DNA of 64,000 nucleotides from Callorhinchus milii (lineage: Eukaryota): contig NW_024704742.1 in NCBI RefSeq assembly GCF_018977255.1, forward strand, positions 27,840,001-27,904,000, written 5' to 3'. The notes below the pieces were generated by a model. That model was given only the letters and a program-made list of their open reading frames with translations, did not search any database and was not told the DNA's origin. Position 1 is the first letter of the stretch. Every line of letters begins with the position of its first letter. Shown here piece by piece: positions 26,166 to 37,639 of the stretch. The position numbers and the translations under genes were made by a program.

Positions 26166-26269
26166 TTTGACATTATTTACTATTATATGAATGACAATGA
26201 AGCATAGGGAATTGCATCTGAGCCTAACAAAGATGTGCCCAGATTTCACACATTTCTGCAAATTACAAC

Positions 26270-26405
26270 CAAGAGATCTGGAGTGTGTTTGTATCCTGAC
26301 CCAATCTTGTTGTGGAGTGGAAGATCCCTGGCATCATTTTGGCTAAGATCAACTAACTTAGCACTGATCAAACCTCGGTTCTCTTAGATCTGTATGGTTC
26401 CGTAC
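26270..26405 (-). mobile_element. Ancient tRNA-derived SINE relic (AmnSINE2-like, from recall)
   Basis: Minus strand reads ccatacagatctaagagaaccgaggtttgatcagtgctaagttagttgatcttagcc. Confidence 0.4.
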
Positions 26406-26834
26406 TACTAGACTTTGTATATACCAAATTTATCGGGGATGGGCCTGTGCCTTGTTTTCTAATTGTAATTCCTGTTAATAGATTTTTCAAGTTAAAAATG
26501 AAGGGATTTTTGTGAGATGTGAAATTCCAGCTCACACAAAAGCATAGCAGTGCGGCCTTTGTGCTAGTAATATTCCACACATTGTTTGTTCCAACAATGT
26601 CCAGTTTTCATCAAATACTCAGATTTTTTTGTTTCTGAAATTGAACTCGACAAAAAAAGATTTTCTCAAAAAAAATTTTTCCTTTTTTTTGACGGTGTGA
26701 CTGTAAAAGTGAATCGAAGTTTGTCTGATTGCCACTCAAATTGTGTATACAAAGTTTGCCTCTACCCTTTGTAATGGCATCCAGATTACTTTGTTGTGGT
26801 GCTGTATGTATGTAACACGCTTAAGAACATGTTC

Positions 26835-26955
26835 TTGCCAGTACTGGACTGGAGTGTCAGGTTAGACTTTACGAGCTCAGAGTCTCGACGTGGGGCATGA
26901 ACCTATAATCTTCTGACTCACAAGTAAGAATGCTACCAACTGAGCCAGACTGATA
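26835..26955 (-). mobile_element. Old SINE tRNA head
   Basis: ctggagtgtcag...ttctgactcacaagtaagaatgctaccaactgagcc. Confidence 0.75.
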
Positions 26956-27280
26956 CTTTGATGTGCTTAGTTACGTTGGTGTGAATTAACACTGTCGAAA
27001 AATAAGACCAGTCAATGTCTAAATGTCTTCACTAGTCTGTGGTGTGACTCTCCTTTGCTACCAACTGAGCAAGCTGTCCAGATACTACATTTCTCATTAA
27101 ATTTCTCTCGCAGTTATTAATTGTATCCCAGTTATTTTGCCTGGAATATCCCATCTCCAACCATAGACGTTCAGACTGCTCAATGTCCCTGCAACCAACT
27201 TCACACACATTGTGTTCCAATTTCTCTATTAATAAAAAAATCAATCGTTAAACGCACTGATGCTGACCGATTTGGTACAG

Positions 27281-27460
27281 AAATACAAATTGAAGATACT
27301 ACAAATACCCTGCAGATCAATCAGCTTCTCGAGGAGGAGAAACCAGGTTAATGTTTGAGGTGTAACTCTTCATCAGAGCAGGAGATACTGATTGACCTGC
27401 TTGTCATTTTGAGCATTTTCTACCTTTAGTTCCAATCCCTAGCATCCAGTGTTTCTTTTA
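27281..27460. mobile_element. Penelope-type inverted pseudo-LTR remnant with a degenerate hammerhead core on the - strand
   Basis: Minus strand reads ctgatgaagagttacacctcaaacattaacctggtttctc; flanked by imperfect inverted arms (gcagatcaatcagcttctc / gagatactgattgacctgc). Confidence 0.55.
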
Positions 27461-27942
27461 TCTTTATATATTTTGTAACCATTCAGTTGCAAGAATCAAA
27501 TGTGAAATTGGTGCAATGTATTGTAACACTGTTTTATTTCCTTGCTCCAAGAAGTGCTTTGTAAAAATGATAAGCAGCAAAATCATTTAATCCATTATAT
27601 GGTAGGCATTCACTCTTAGCTCTGCCTCCAGGATCCTTAATAAAAGTGAATTGCAGCAGAAAGGTAAGGGTTATGAAGAGGGATATGGGAAGTCATCCGG
27701 ATTCAATCTTATTTACAAGAGTAGCCAGACATAAAAAGGGTGGCATGATGAGTGCCGTAATGGAGTCTTAGATTACTTCTAGGGTCGGAAAATACAATAC
27801 ACTTGATTTAAATAAAAGTTTTATTTGTCATGGTGAAGGTTGAGATATCAGTTATGGGACATATATCATTAGGACCTTGTATTTTTTTCCCAGGATGTCC
27901 TGAATAATGATTGCTCAACTCGGTGCATTGTGTTGAGCAATC

Positions 27943-28305
27943 GAGTCCTGTAGCTCAGTGGTTGGAGCACTCGCCTCTCAAGCGGGAGACTTGAGTTTGA
28001 TTCCCTTCACGGGGAAATGTTGGGCAAGTTTCCTTATTCCATATGCCTCGTTTTACCTAGCAGTAAATAGGAACCCGGATATTAGTTGATTGGGGGATCA
28101 CTTTTCTGGGTTAATAATTCCTTCAAAAAAATAATAATTTGGTCACTCAATCCACGACTGTTTGTGGGACATTGCTGTGTGCAATTGGCTGCTGTGTTTT
28201 GCCCACAAAATATACAGTCAATTCACTTTACAATATATTATGTGAAGTGCTTTGAGACATCTCGAAGAAGTGATAAGACACTGTATCAACTGCGAGGATT
28301 ATTAT
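27943..28305 (+). mobile_element. Young tRNA-derived SINE, long variant, full length
   Basis: gagtcctgtagctcagtggttggagcac...gcctcgttttacctagcagtaaataggaacccgg...ggattattat. Confidence 0.9.
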
Positions 28306-28530
28306 GGTTGAAGCACCTTTCATGTTGTGGGGAATGTCTCAAAGCGCTTCATAGGATTCACTGTCAAGTGTAGTGACTGTGTATTTGTATGCAAGAGCTT
28401 CAGTCAACTTGCGTATAACAATGTAATCTTAATGCTAAAGGGCTGTAGTTCAATCTTTAATTCAGGAAGATGAGTGAATGTGAATTTACCTTATCCCGGA
28501 ATTGTATTGGTGTAAAGATTAATTTAAATT

Positions 28531-29487
28531 TGTGACCCTGCGGTGAAATAAGGATTGACACAAATATTGTACAAAAATATAGATGTTTATTAATTCAGAT
28601 TAGTAATCGTTATAAGTAATTAAAAGAGTACATCACAATAATGCTTGCGTATCGATGCATAGTTCACAACGATTTAAGTTGACCTAACCTGCGGAAGAAA
28701 AAGAGTAGGAATGTCCAATGTCTATTTTAATCCAAATATAAGTCCTCAAAAGGTATCCCAAGTATTGTTGCATGGTTCCCAGTTCGATATCACCCAAAAG
28801 TATCTAATTATTGTTGTTTGTTCAATTCGATCACTCAAAAGTATCCAGTTATTATGGTACATCCAATTCTATTACGGCCAATTCGATCCCTCTCTTTCAA
28901 TTCTTTCTTCCAAATCGATTCAAATGGTTGGGTGACCATTCACCTATTGTCTTTTGCAAGATGGTTCCTTTGTAAAAACAACATAGCTCTCTCCAACTGC
29001 AGACCATTTTTCCATGAGAAAATGACTGATAAAGAGTGAAAACAGTTTGTTGTTTGTAAACATTCTTCTGTTTCTCCTCCTTGAGCAAGGATCTTCTTTG
29101 AAGCTAGTCACAACCAGCTCTCCTCATATGAGATTGATATGTTTCAAATATATATAAACATCGCAAATATAATTTGAGATATTATTTAACACATTAATTA
29201 CAGAATCCTACATTGGACAATTCACACTGACTGCTTAATCCAGATCCTCTGACAACACAGTTGACCACTGTGGTTGAATTTTAATAAGAAAAAAAAGCCC
29301 TGGCATTTCATTATAAGCAGATTGAGTAAAAAGTACCATACATCAAATGTCTCAGTCCAAATTAAATTATTCCTCTGCGTTGGTGTTTTTATTAATCAGC
29401 CTGCATTGTGCACTCTCGTGGTATCTATGATGAAACACCATCATATAAATTTCTAAGCACATACAATCCTATTCCTCTCGACAGACA
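28531..29487 (-). mobile_element. Candidate solo LTR
   Basis: TGT...ACA ends with aatt on both flanks, AATAAA on the - strand near 28585, internal imperfect direct repeats (ttcgat..cactcaaaagtatc). Confidence 0.35.
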
Positions 29488-29717
29488 AATTTACAAACTT
29501 CCTTTGGTTCTCCTACTCAGCAAAGGCTTTCAATGTTATCCAATCTGGTTAGACAAACAGCTTCTTAATCAATTTATTGTAGACATTGAGATAAACAACA
29601 TAGACTGGGACATTGAACTCCATAAAGCCCAACAGGTTTTCAAAAATACATTAAACTATTTCATTTAGAAGCATTCCCTTTAAACGCTTCGGTACTATAA
29701 TTTCTGTGGAGCACTGT

Positions 29718-30042
29718 GGAGTCCTGTAGCTCAGTGGTTAGAGCACTTGCCTCGCAAGCGAGAGACCTGGCAGGGCAAAATGTTTGGCAAGTTTCTTTAT
29801 TCCACGTGCCTCTGACTATGTTAGTCGGTTGGCGGATCGCTTTTCCGGGGTAATAATTCCTTCAAAATACAATAATAATAAATTGGTCATATCAAGCCAT
29901 GACTATTTGTGCAACACTGCTGTGCTGCCGCGTATCACCCACAAAATATAGTCAATTCACTTTACAGTATATTTTGTGAAGTGCTTTGAGATGTCTCAAA
30001 GATGTGGAAAGCACTGTATCAAATGCAAGGATTATGATTATT
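29718..30042 (+). mobile_element. Young tRNA-derived SINE (partial long variant)
   Basis: ggagtcctgtagctcagtggttagagcacttgcctcgcaagcgagagacc...aaatgcaaggattatgattatt. Confidence 0.9.
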
Positions 30043-30460
30043 GTTTTATACAGTTTACTCTAAGCTACTTAATATTGGAGTGTGTGAGGCATGCAACAAT
30101 AATGAAAGAAATGCAAGGTTTAGAATAATACCGTATTGATATATGAAAGTAGCTTATGAGGTTTTGAGCAAAGATATAATATATGATGTGACAATTATCA
30201 TTGCTGATAATCATCTGGCGACCTAAATTTTTATTCGTAACAGCCTGTTCCAACGAGTGCAGAACAACTGCATTTTCTGACCTTGTGATGATCATCGCAT
30301 CACATCCTCCTAACCCCAATATATTGCAAGATTTATTGTGTTTTTGGTAATTAGATGTTCCAGCTGGTGGGAACCACTGCTTTATGTATGTACAAGTTGT
30401 GCGCAGGAGAAAGCTCTCAATGCTTTCATGCTGAGCTGTGCTGCTCATCAGTAGTTACTT

Positions 30461-30813
30461 CCAGCTGGACAAGCAGGAGGCAACGTCCCAGAAATTGCTT
30501 TCAACAGTAAGCTCTATGGTTTTAGCTGGTTAGATTCCAGGAGTCATTTCCCTCACCCTCCCACAATACACACTTTGAAGTCCCCAAGCCTTGGCTCTTG
30601 CCAACCAGTGCCTTATACGCTTTAAAAATAAGCAAGCAAGCAGCGTACATCCCTCCAGGGAGAGAGCGCACCTTCCATTCCAGGCAAAAGGAAATTTCCA
30701 TGTGCAGGTGGCATAGATATGTGGAACTCTCAGTCTTGTTTGAATACTCTTGACCATGGTGATGGTCATGTGTCTGAGACCTAGCCCACCCACCCCCCCC
30801 CCCCAAAAAAAAA
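30461..30813 (+). repeat. Unclassified poly(A)-tailed repeat, copy C
   Basis: ccagctggacaagca...ctatggttttagctgg...gaagtccccaagccttggctctt...ccagggagagagcgc...gtgtctgagacc...(a)9. Confidence 0.8.
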
Positions 30814-31223
30814 TGCAAGGCAATCTATTTGAAGAGCTTAATAGTGAATGGGAACTGACTGAAGAAGATTTTTGCAACGGAATGGAGTGAGTTGGTTTAA
30901 TACGATAATGTGAAGTATTAACTGCAATGATAAGCTGTCATTTTATCAATAGAGTTTTCCTTATAATTGATCAATTAAGTGTTTTGTAAATGTTTCACAT
31001 TATTCTAATAGCAGGATTGGAAATTGCCCTCAAGATTAATTAGTGAAAATCCAAACTAATATTTCATGTGCATGACACAGCACTTAATGGCAACACGTCA
31101 CAATCTAGGAATTATTTAAAGATGTCCCAGACGCTCTACCTAGGATGATGTGCCCTAGTCAAAGAATGAACAGAATATTTCTGCTGGGACTACAAGATCA
31201 AATTTAAATCATTTCGGCCTACC

Positions 31224-32920
31224 TTGTCTCACGCTTCCAGAATACCCACCCTACCATCTTCCCATCACCGCATCAAGTTGCTTTGCAATTATTTCAACCG
31301 TCCTATCGTCAGCCGTCGTTCCTGGCAACCTGTTCCAGTCGTCGCTCTCTGGGTAAAGACATACTTCCTGGTGTCTGCCCTAAAAGTACCCTTTGCAATT
31401 CTAAACTCTCCTCCGGATCAGTTCCTGCCCTCCTGAAAAACTGCTGTCATCACCCCGCTCCTCAAAAAACCCTCCCTAGATGCCTCAAACCCCAGCCACT
31501 ACCGCCCCATTTCTAACTTGCCATTCCTCGCAAAAGTCCTAGAACGAGTTGTTGCCAATCAACTTTGCGCACATCTCTTTTCCCACTACCTCTTCAAACC
31601 CCTCCAGTCCGGTTTCCACTCTGCCCACAGTACAGAGACTGCACTTGTGAAAGTCACAAACAAATTCCTCTCTATCTGTGACCAGGGCTCCCTCTGCCTC
31701 CTTGTCCTGATGGACCTCTCCGCCGCTTTCAACACAGTCGATCACACCATCCTCCTCCACTGCCTTTCCTCTGTCATTCACCTCAGTGGGTCTGCACTCG
31801 CCTGGTTCGAGTCCTATCTCACAAACCGCCAGCAGTACATCTGCATAAACGGTTTCTCCTCCCACTCTCACCCGGTTACCTGTGGGGTACCCCAAGGATC
31901 CATCCTTGGCCCCCTCCTCTTTCTGATCTACATGCTCCCTCTTGGGGATGTCATCCGCAAACATGGGGTACACTTCCACATGTATGCGGAGGGCACCCAA
32001 CTCTATTTTTCCATCTCACTTTGCGATCCCCAGTCCCCTGATGTTCTATCTGCCTGCCTGTCAGATCTCAGGGGCTGGATGAGCACAAATTTCCTTCAGC
32101 TGAACGTTGACAAGACAGAAGCCATACTCTTTGGCTCTCGTCAACGTCTAAAATCTCACGGTTCTCACCTCCTCCACCTACCTGACCTCCCCCTAAACTC
32201 TCTAAACCCGTACGCAACCTAGGCATCAGGTTGGACCCCCAATTATCCTTCCTTCCCCACATCCGGTCCCTCACCAGCACCGCTTCTTTCCACCTCCGAC
32301 ACATCGCCTGTCTCTGCTAATACCTCTCTCTGAAAGCCGCTGAAACCCGGGTCCATGCCTTTGTCACCTCTCGGCTGGACTATTCAAATGCCCTCCTCGC
32401 CGGTCTTCCCTCCACTACCATCCATAAAATCCAGATTATTCAAAACTCTGTCGTCCGCATTCTCACCTGCACCAAACTTCGCTCCCTGATTACCCCAGTC
32501 CTTGCCAGACTGCACTGGCTGCCTATCCCAGAGATGATCGACTTCAAAATCCTCACCCTTGTCTTCAAATCCCTCCACTCCTCTGCACCCCCTACCTCTC
32601 TGACCTCCTCTCTCCTCAAAACAGTGCCCATTGCCTTCGTTCCTCCGGGTCTGGCCGCCTCCTGGTCCCCCGAGTCCTTCGCTCCACCCTCGGCAGCTGT
32701 GCCTTCAGCCACTATGCCCCGAGGCTCTGAAACTGCCTTCCTCACTCCCTTCGCATCATCCCCTCTCTTCCTATTTTCAGGTCTCTGCTGAAGACCTTTT
32801 TTTTCGACCGTGCCTTTGGTCACCTTCCTCCCCCTGGCTCGGCCCCGGGATCCGTTACTGTGAAGCGCTCTGAGATGCCGTCCAGCGTGGAGGGCGCTAT
32901 ATAAATCCACGTTGTTGTTG
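31224..32920 (+). mobile_element. L2 LINE ORF2 (RT domain to 3' tail), about 1.7 kb, pseudogenised
   Basis: ORF 31518-32222 contains QSGFHSAHSTETAL, LMDLSAAFNTVDH, GVPQGSILGPLLF and HMYAEGTQLY (catalytic YADD lost); tail gagggcgctatataaatccacgttgttgttg. Confidence 0.95.
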
Positions 32921-33269
32921 TAAACATATATCCGCTTCCAGGCATTCATCTGCTCACATCAGTCCATCAAGCCTGTATCTTTCACACTCTGTTGCAAGTG
33001 AGCTTTATTTATGTTGACCATTCTGTTCAAATAAGAAGTGTTTTGAATTTAACGTGACCAAAATTGAGTCACTTCAGGTCCAAATTTGGTACTATTTGAA
33101 CACTTTGGGTTTGGAGGTCCTCATCTCTTTTGAAAAGTAGCAGTACCCAAGCACTTGGGGGGCAAAATACTTCACTGTAGATCCACTGCTATTTCAAATG
33201 TTTCTTTGAAATGTTCAGATTCAGATATCTTATTCAGAGCACCTCTCTATCAGTTTTACACTTCCAAAC

Positions 33270-33705
33270 TCAGTAGTTTGACTCAGATGGTCGTTCTCTC
33301 ACTTCTGATTCAGAAAGTTGTGGGTTCAAGCCTCACAACAGGATTTTGAGCTCATTGTCCAGGTTAACACTCCAGTGCAATACAAGGAGTGTCACATTGT
33401 CAGAGGTACTGTCGTTCAGATCAGACATTCAACTGAAGCCCTATTTAAAAGACTGTTTTGCCCACAAAATATACAGTCAATTCACTTTACAATATATTCT
33501 GTGAAGCGCTTTGAGACGTCTCGACAATGTAATGAGGTGCTATGTCAAATGTAAGGATTATTATTATTATATAATTGTTCATGTGGTTGAAGATCCAATG
33601 GCACTATATTTTTTTCAATTTCTGGTCAACAGATCAATTGATCATTTCACAGATGTTTTGCGGGACATTGCCGTAAGCAAATTAGCAACCAGTTTGCATT
33701 CAAAT
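33270..33705 (+). mobile_element. Old Deu-type SINE with a nested young SINE tail (about 33450-33572)
   Basis: Head tctgattcagaaagttgtgggttcaag; young tail cccacaaaatatacagtcaattcac...ggattattattatt; old body resumes at gaagatccaatggcactat. Confidence 0.7.
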
Positions 33706-33712
33706 ACAAAAC

Positions 33713-34022
33713 ATAATAATTATAATCCTTGCATTTGATATAGTGCCTTATCACGTCTTCTCAACGTCTCAAAGCGCTTCACAGAATATGCTGTAAAGTG
33801 AATTGACTGTTTATTTGTGGGCGAAACGCGGCAGCTAATTGCGCACAGCAGTATCCCACAAACAGTCATGGATTGAAAATGACCAATTTATTATTGTTTT
33901 GTTTTGGAGGGATTATTATTAGGCGTGTGGAGTAAGGAAACTTGCCCAAGGTTTCACCTTGCCTGGAATTGAACCCAGGTCTCTCGCTTGCAAGAAGAGT
34001 GCTCTAACACTGAGCTACAGGA
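33713..34022 (-). mobile_element. Young tRNA-derived SINE, short variant
   Basis: ataataattataatccttgcatttgatatag...aaggaaacttgcccaagg...gtgctctaacactgagctacagga. Confidence 0.92.
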
Positions 34023-34679
34023 TACTTGACAGCAATTCCCCATGAAGATCTTTGAGATTTTCCACATTGTCGGCCGAATATCAAATGCAACGAATATCAT
34101 TATTATCTGTATTTCTACCACTTCATTTTATTTCCATTCCAAATCATGGCTACAATGTCACGTACAACATTTCCAACCCCATACATAGAAATTTTGACAA
34201 TAAATTGCTGAATGCTGATAAACCTGTATAGGTATTTTGTCAAGAAAGCTTACTCTTAATTCATAACAGTGCTCGAGTCAGAACTGTCATAAGTATGAGT
34301 ACAAATAAAACATTTGCAAATCTTTGTATTCCAGTCCATCAAATCCAAAAATAGCAACTGAAAACTCTTGATAAAAATAGGCAAAAGTGATTTGATTTTT
34401 TTTATCAAATTGAAATTTAAACATGGTTGTAAGTTTAATTGCAAGTCAGTTGGCAGTTAACAGGAAATTAGTCACTGACCAGGTGTTAGGTGACCATTTG
34501 AAACTGGTTCTGTCTGGGGGTGTTATAAAAAGGTGATACTTGCAAGAACTTACCAGAGAATGGAGTGAGAACAGAGTGAGGACTTCAAGAACAGAAATTT
34601 GGTAAGAGTAGCAATTTGGTGAAGTGGAGGAAGGAGGTGCTAAGTCAATTAACTGTAAATTCAATTGTTGTTGTTTGTA

Positions 34680-35050
34680 AAATGTGCTAACAACCTGCTT
34701 GCTGGACTTCCCAACTCTTCCCTCCACAAACTACAGATTATTCAGAACTATTCAGCTTGTGTTCTCTCCCACACTAAGCTTTGTGACCTGATCACCACTT
34801 TGAGTTCAAGATCTTTGTCCTTACCTTTCAAGGACTCCACGGTCTGACTCCATGGTGTGGCTCCACCCTACCTCTGGGACCTATTAAAACTTCACCAACT
34901 TGTCTGCTCCTTCCGCTGTGCAGGGACTGGCCTGCTCCATGTTTCCCACCCACTATCCTTGGTTGGGCTTTCAGCCACTCTACCTCAAACCCTTCCTTGC
35001 CTTCTTCAAGGCTCATTTCAAGACCGTGCCTTTGTCATCTTCTCTCCTAT
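34680..35050 (+). mobile_element. L2 LINE 3' fragment (old)
   Basis: ANNLLAGLPNSSLHKLQIIQNYSACVL (ORF 34665-34847) and a APPYL motif. Confidence 0.8.
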
Positions 35051-36009
35051 GGCAATAGTGTTTACCAGTGTTCTGGTTAACAATATCCCAGATTTTAAAA
35101 AAAATGTTTGTTAACTCCATGGCTCTTTGTGAAATACTACTATGTAAAATTGGCTGTTGGTTTACCTAGAAATACATGATCACTACACTTTACAGTGTGA
35201 ATCCTCTGAATAGCTTTGAGACATTTTGATGATATGATAATGAGCTGCACTCAATGGAAGGATTATTACTATCCTATAATGCAGGAAACTGGACTTGCTG
35301 AATATGTTAAATAATGCTGTTACCAAATTATCACTACCAAAATGTCATTGCGTGTACTGTTCAAACCAACTCTTGAGTCATGGGTTTCAGCGCACTACTT
35401 GCCTTCGCCATTCAGCCCACTCAACTGCAGTTTCATTGCGATTTTTGAAATAAAATGAGAGGTTTATTACCAACAATAAATTAATTCTCATCTCCAAGTC
35501 CCTGAATGTCCTCAGTAAAGTTAATCATTAACTTGAAGTAAATGCATTTCTAAAATATCTTACTTTAATACACAGCAATTAGATGCAATGCTTTAAATAG
35601 CTTATCATTATTGGTTATAAAAATAAAGAATACTGCAATTGTTAAAGGTCATTTATAGTTGGTTTGGGAAATGTTTGCTAATAGATTCCTAGCAATACTT
35701 ACAGTAGAAAAATTCTATCTAGCCAAATAAATCCCAATAAATATTTATCATAAGAATGAGATCTTGGAGCAAATATTGCAATCCTGCTATCGCTCGAGAC
35801 AGATTTCCTGCACCTTTGGTAACTGTTTAACAAAAACAGAGCTCTGAAAATGCCACACATTACAAATTCAGTTATTCCCATAAGAGCAGCATAGATTTCT
35901 CTCATGATGAAGATGTCTTTGATGAATATGTCTCTCTTCTAATTTCTTATCCAAAGGGTGTTCTAAGGTTTAGATTTGGCTTGAATTTGTATGCATTTGG
36001 GTCAGTTTT

Positions 36010-36335
36010 CTGCTAATGACAGCCCAGCCAGTCTGGCTCATTGACAGAATTTGGAAGGGCAGACCAGTCATTGGGGCAGGGTCTCTTCCCATTCAGCTCC
36101 TATTAACCTTGCAAGCCAAAGTCTTAACGAATTTGATATTCCTAGCTGGACAAGCAATGGGAAACCTTTAGCTGTTCAGCTAAAACCATATAGTTTGTCA
36201 CTCCAGCAGTACACCAACACACACTCTGGGCCCCCATCCCTTGGCACCTAAGACTAAGGTGACAACCGGCACCTAAGACTTTCTGGAATTAGATGAGCAG
36301 AACACATCCCTTTGGAGAGAGAGTGCAAATTCAGC
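36010..36335 (+). repeat. Unclassified repeat, copy G (5'/middle part, with a micro-inversion)
   Basis: ttaaccttgcaagccaaag...cctagctggacaagca...cacacactctgg...cctaagactttctggaattag...ggagagagagtgc. Confidence 0.7.
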
Positions 36336-36339
36336 TGCC

Positions 36340-36800
36340 AGTTCAGAGACAGTTGAAAGATGGGAAAGGACAGAAGAGAACAATATGAGCAGCTTGGAGA
36401 AGTAGGGAGGTACTAGAGTATGAAGTGATTTGTTGGTGAGTTTGAGGATCTTGAAATAGATCTGTTCTACAACATGGAGCCAATAGAACCTGGCAAGGAT
36501 TGGGGTGATGGAAGTGCAAAGTTTGGTATGGGTGAGGATACAGGTGGAGGAGTTTGAATCCTTTAAATTTTGTGAAAGGTACAGTTGGAAATACTGGCGA
36601 GGAGGACATTCGTGAAATTTAGGCAGGAGGTGACAAAAGTGTGGATGAGAGTTTCAGCTGCGTGAGTGTAAAGTATGGTAGTAGATGGGCACTGTGACGG
36701 AGGTGCAAGAAACCAGTCCTGGTCAAGGACCTGATGTGACACCAGGGGATCAAACCTAATACTTGGATTGTGCACAGGTTCAGTGAGCTGTCAGTAAGAT
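36340..36800 (-). mobile_element. L2 LINE fragment
   Basis: HAAETLIHTFVTSCLNFTNVLLA (ORF 36563-36775 -). Confidence 0.8.
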
Positions 36801-37639
36801 TCAATGAAACAAATGGTTTCCTCCTGTGTTGTGATTTGTACAGAAACAATTTTGCTTTTCTTAGCTCAGGAGGTTATTAAAATTAAATATCAATCTCCAG
36901 TGCTCCTTGTTAAACCAGTTCAGTTTTGTTTTCTTGTCCATGTGAGTACACTCCATCCTTATTTCTCCTTCCCTTGTCTCCTAATTTCAAGTGCTTCCCA
37001 CTTCAATGAAGCGTCCCATTGCTAAATAGCAATCTCGGCTGTTCATGCCTTTCCTTCACTAATGGGAATACGTCTCTCTCTGAGCCCACGGTCCTAAGCA
37101 GATCCACTTAGCGGAATGGCAGAGGCTGCACTGTCAATTGTATTTCTTTCGTTTCCTCCTCCCATCCCCAAGATTAAGTGCTCTGTCACTGTGGGTGGGG
37201 TGTTTCATCTTACAGCCTAGGTAAAAATCAATAGAGGATTCAACAGCCAGGCTTGAACATCAGCAAATGCTGGGATTTGACTTGGGGCTATCTGAATGGA
37301 AACCCAGCCATGGCTTACTAGAATTACTGGGGCTGCCAGCCCACAGCCGGTTTTTAACTCCAGCAGCTTCACAACCAGAACTCAGTCCAATAGTCAATGA
37401 CCTTTCAGTTTATCCAGAGCTCTAATTAGGATCCACTTGTCTTTCAGCCCTTTGAGGATTGCCAGGGGTGGTTCTGTACAACACTGAGCAATAATACAAG
37501 ATTCAAATTTGTCTCTGTATGGAGGAAGCTTAGTGTTGGCTAATGCCTACAGGTACCAATACATTTCTTTTCTCAGTCACTACTGAGCCTGGCTTATCTA
37601 AATGTGCTCGTAATCAAACCTATAAGAATTTGGCTGTTT

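Noticed and set aside
31518..32222. 234-aa ORF as a functional reverse transcriptase gene
   Set aside because: It is a 5'-truncated L2 relic with frameshifts on both sides, and the catalytic YADD reads YAEG.
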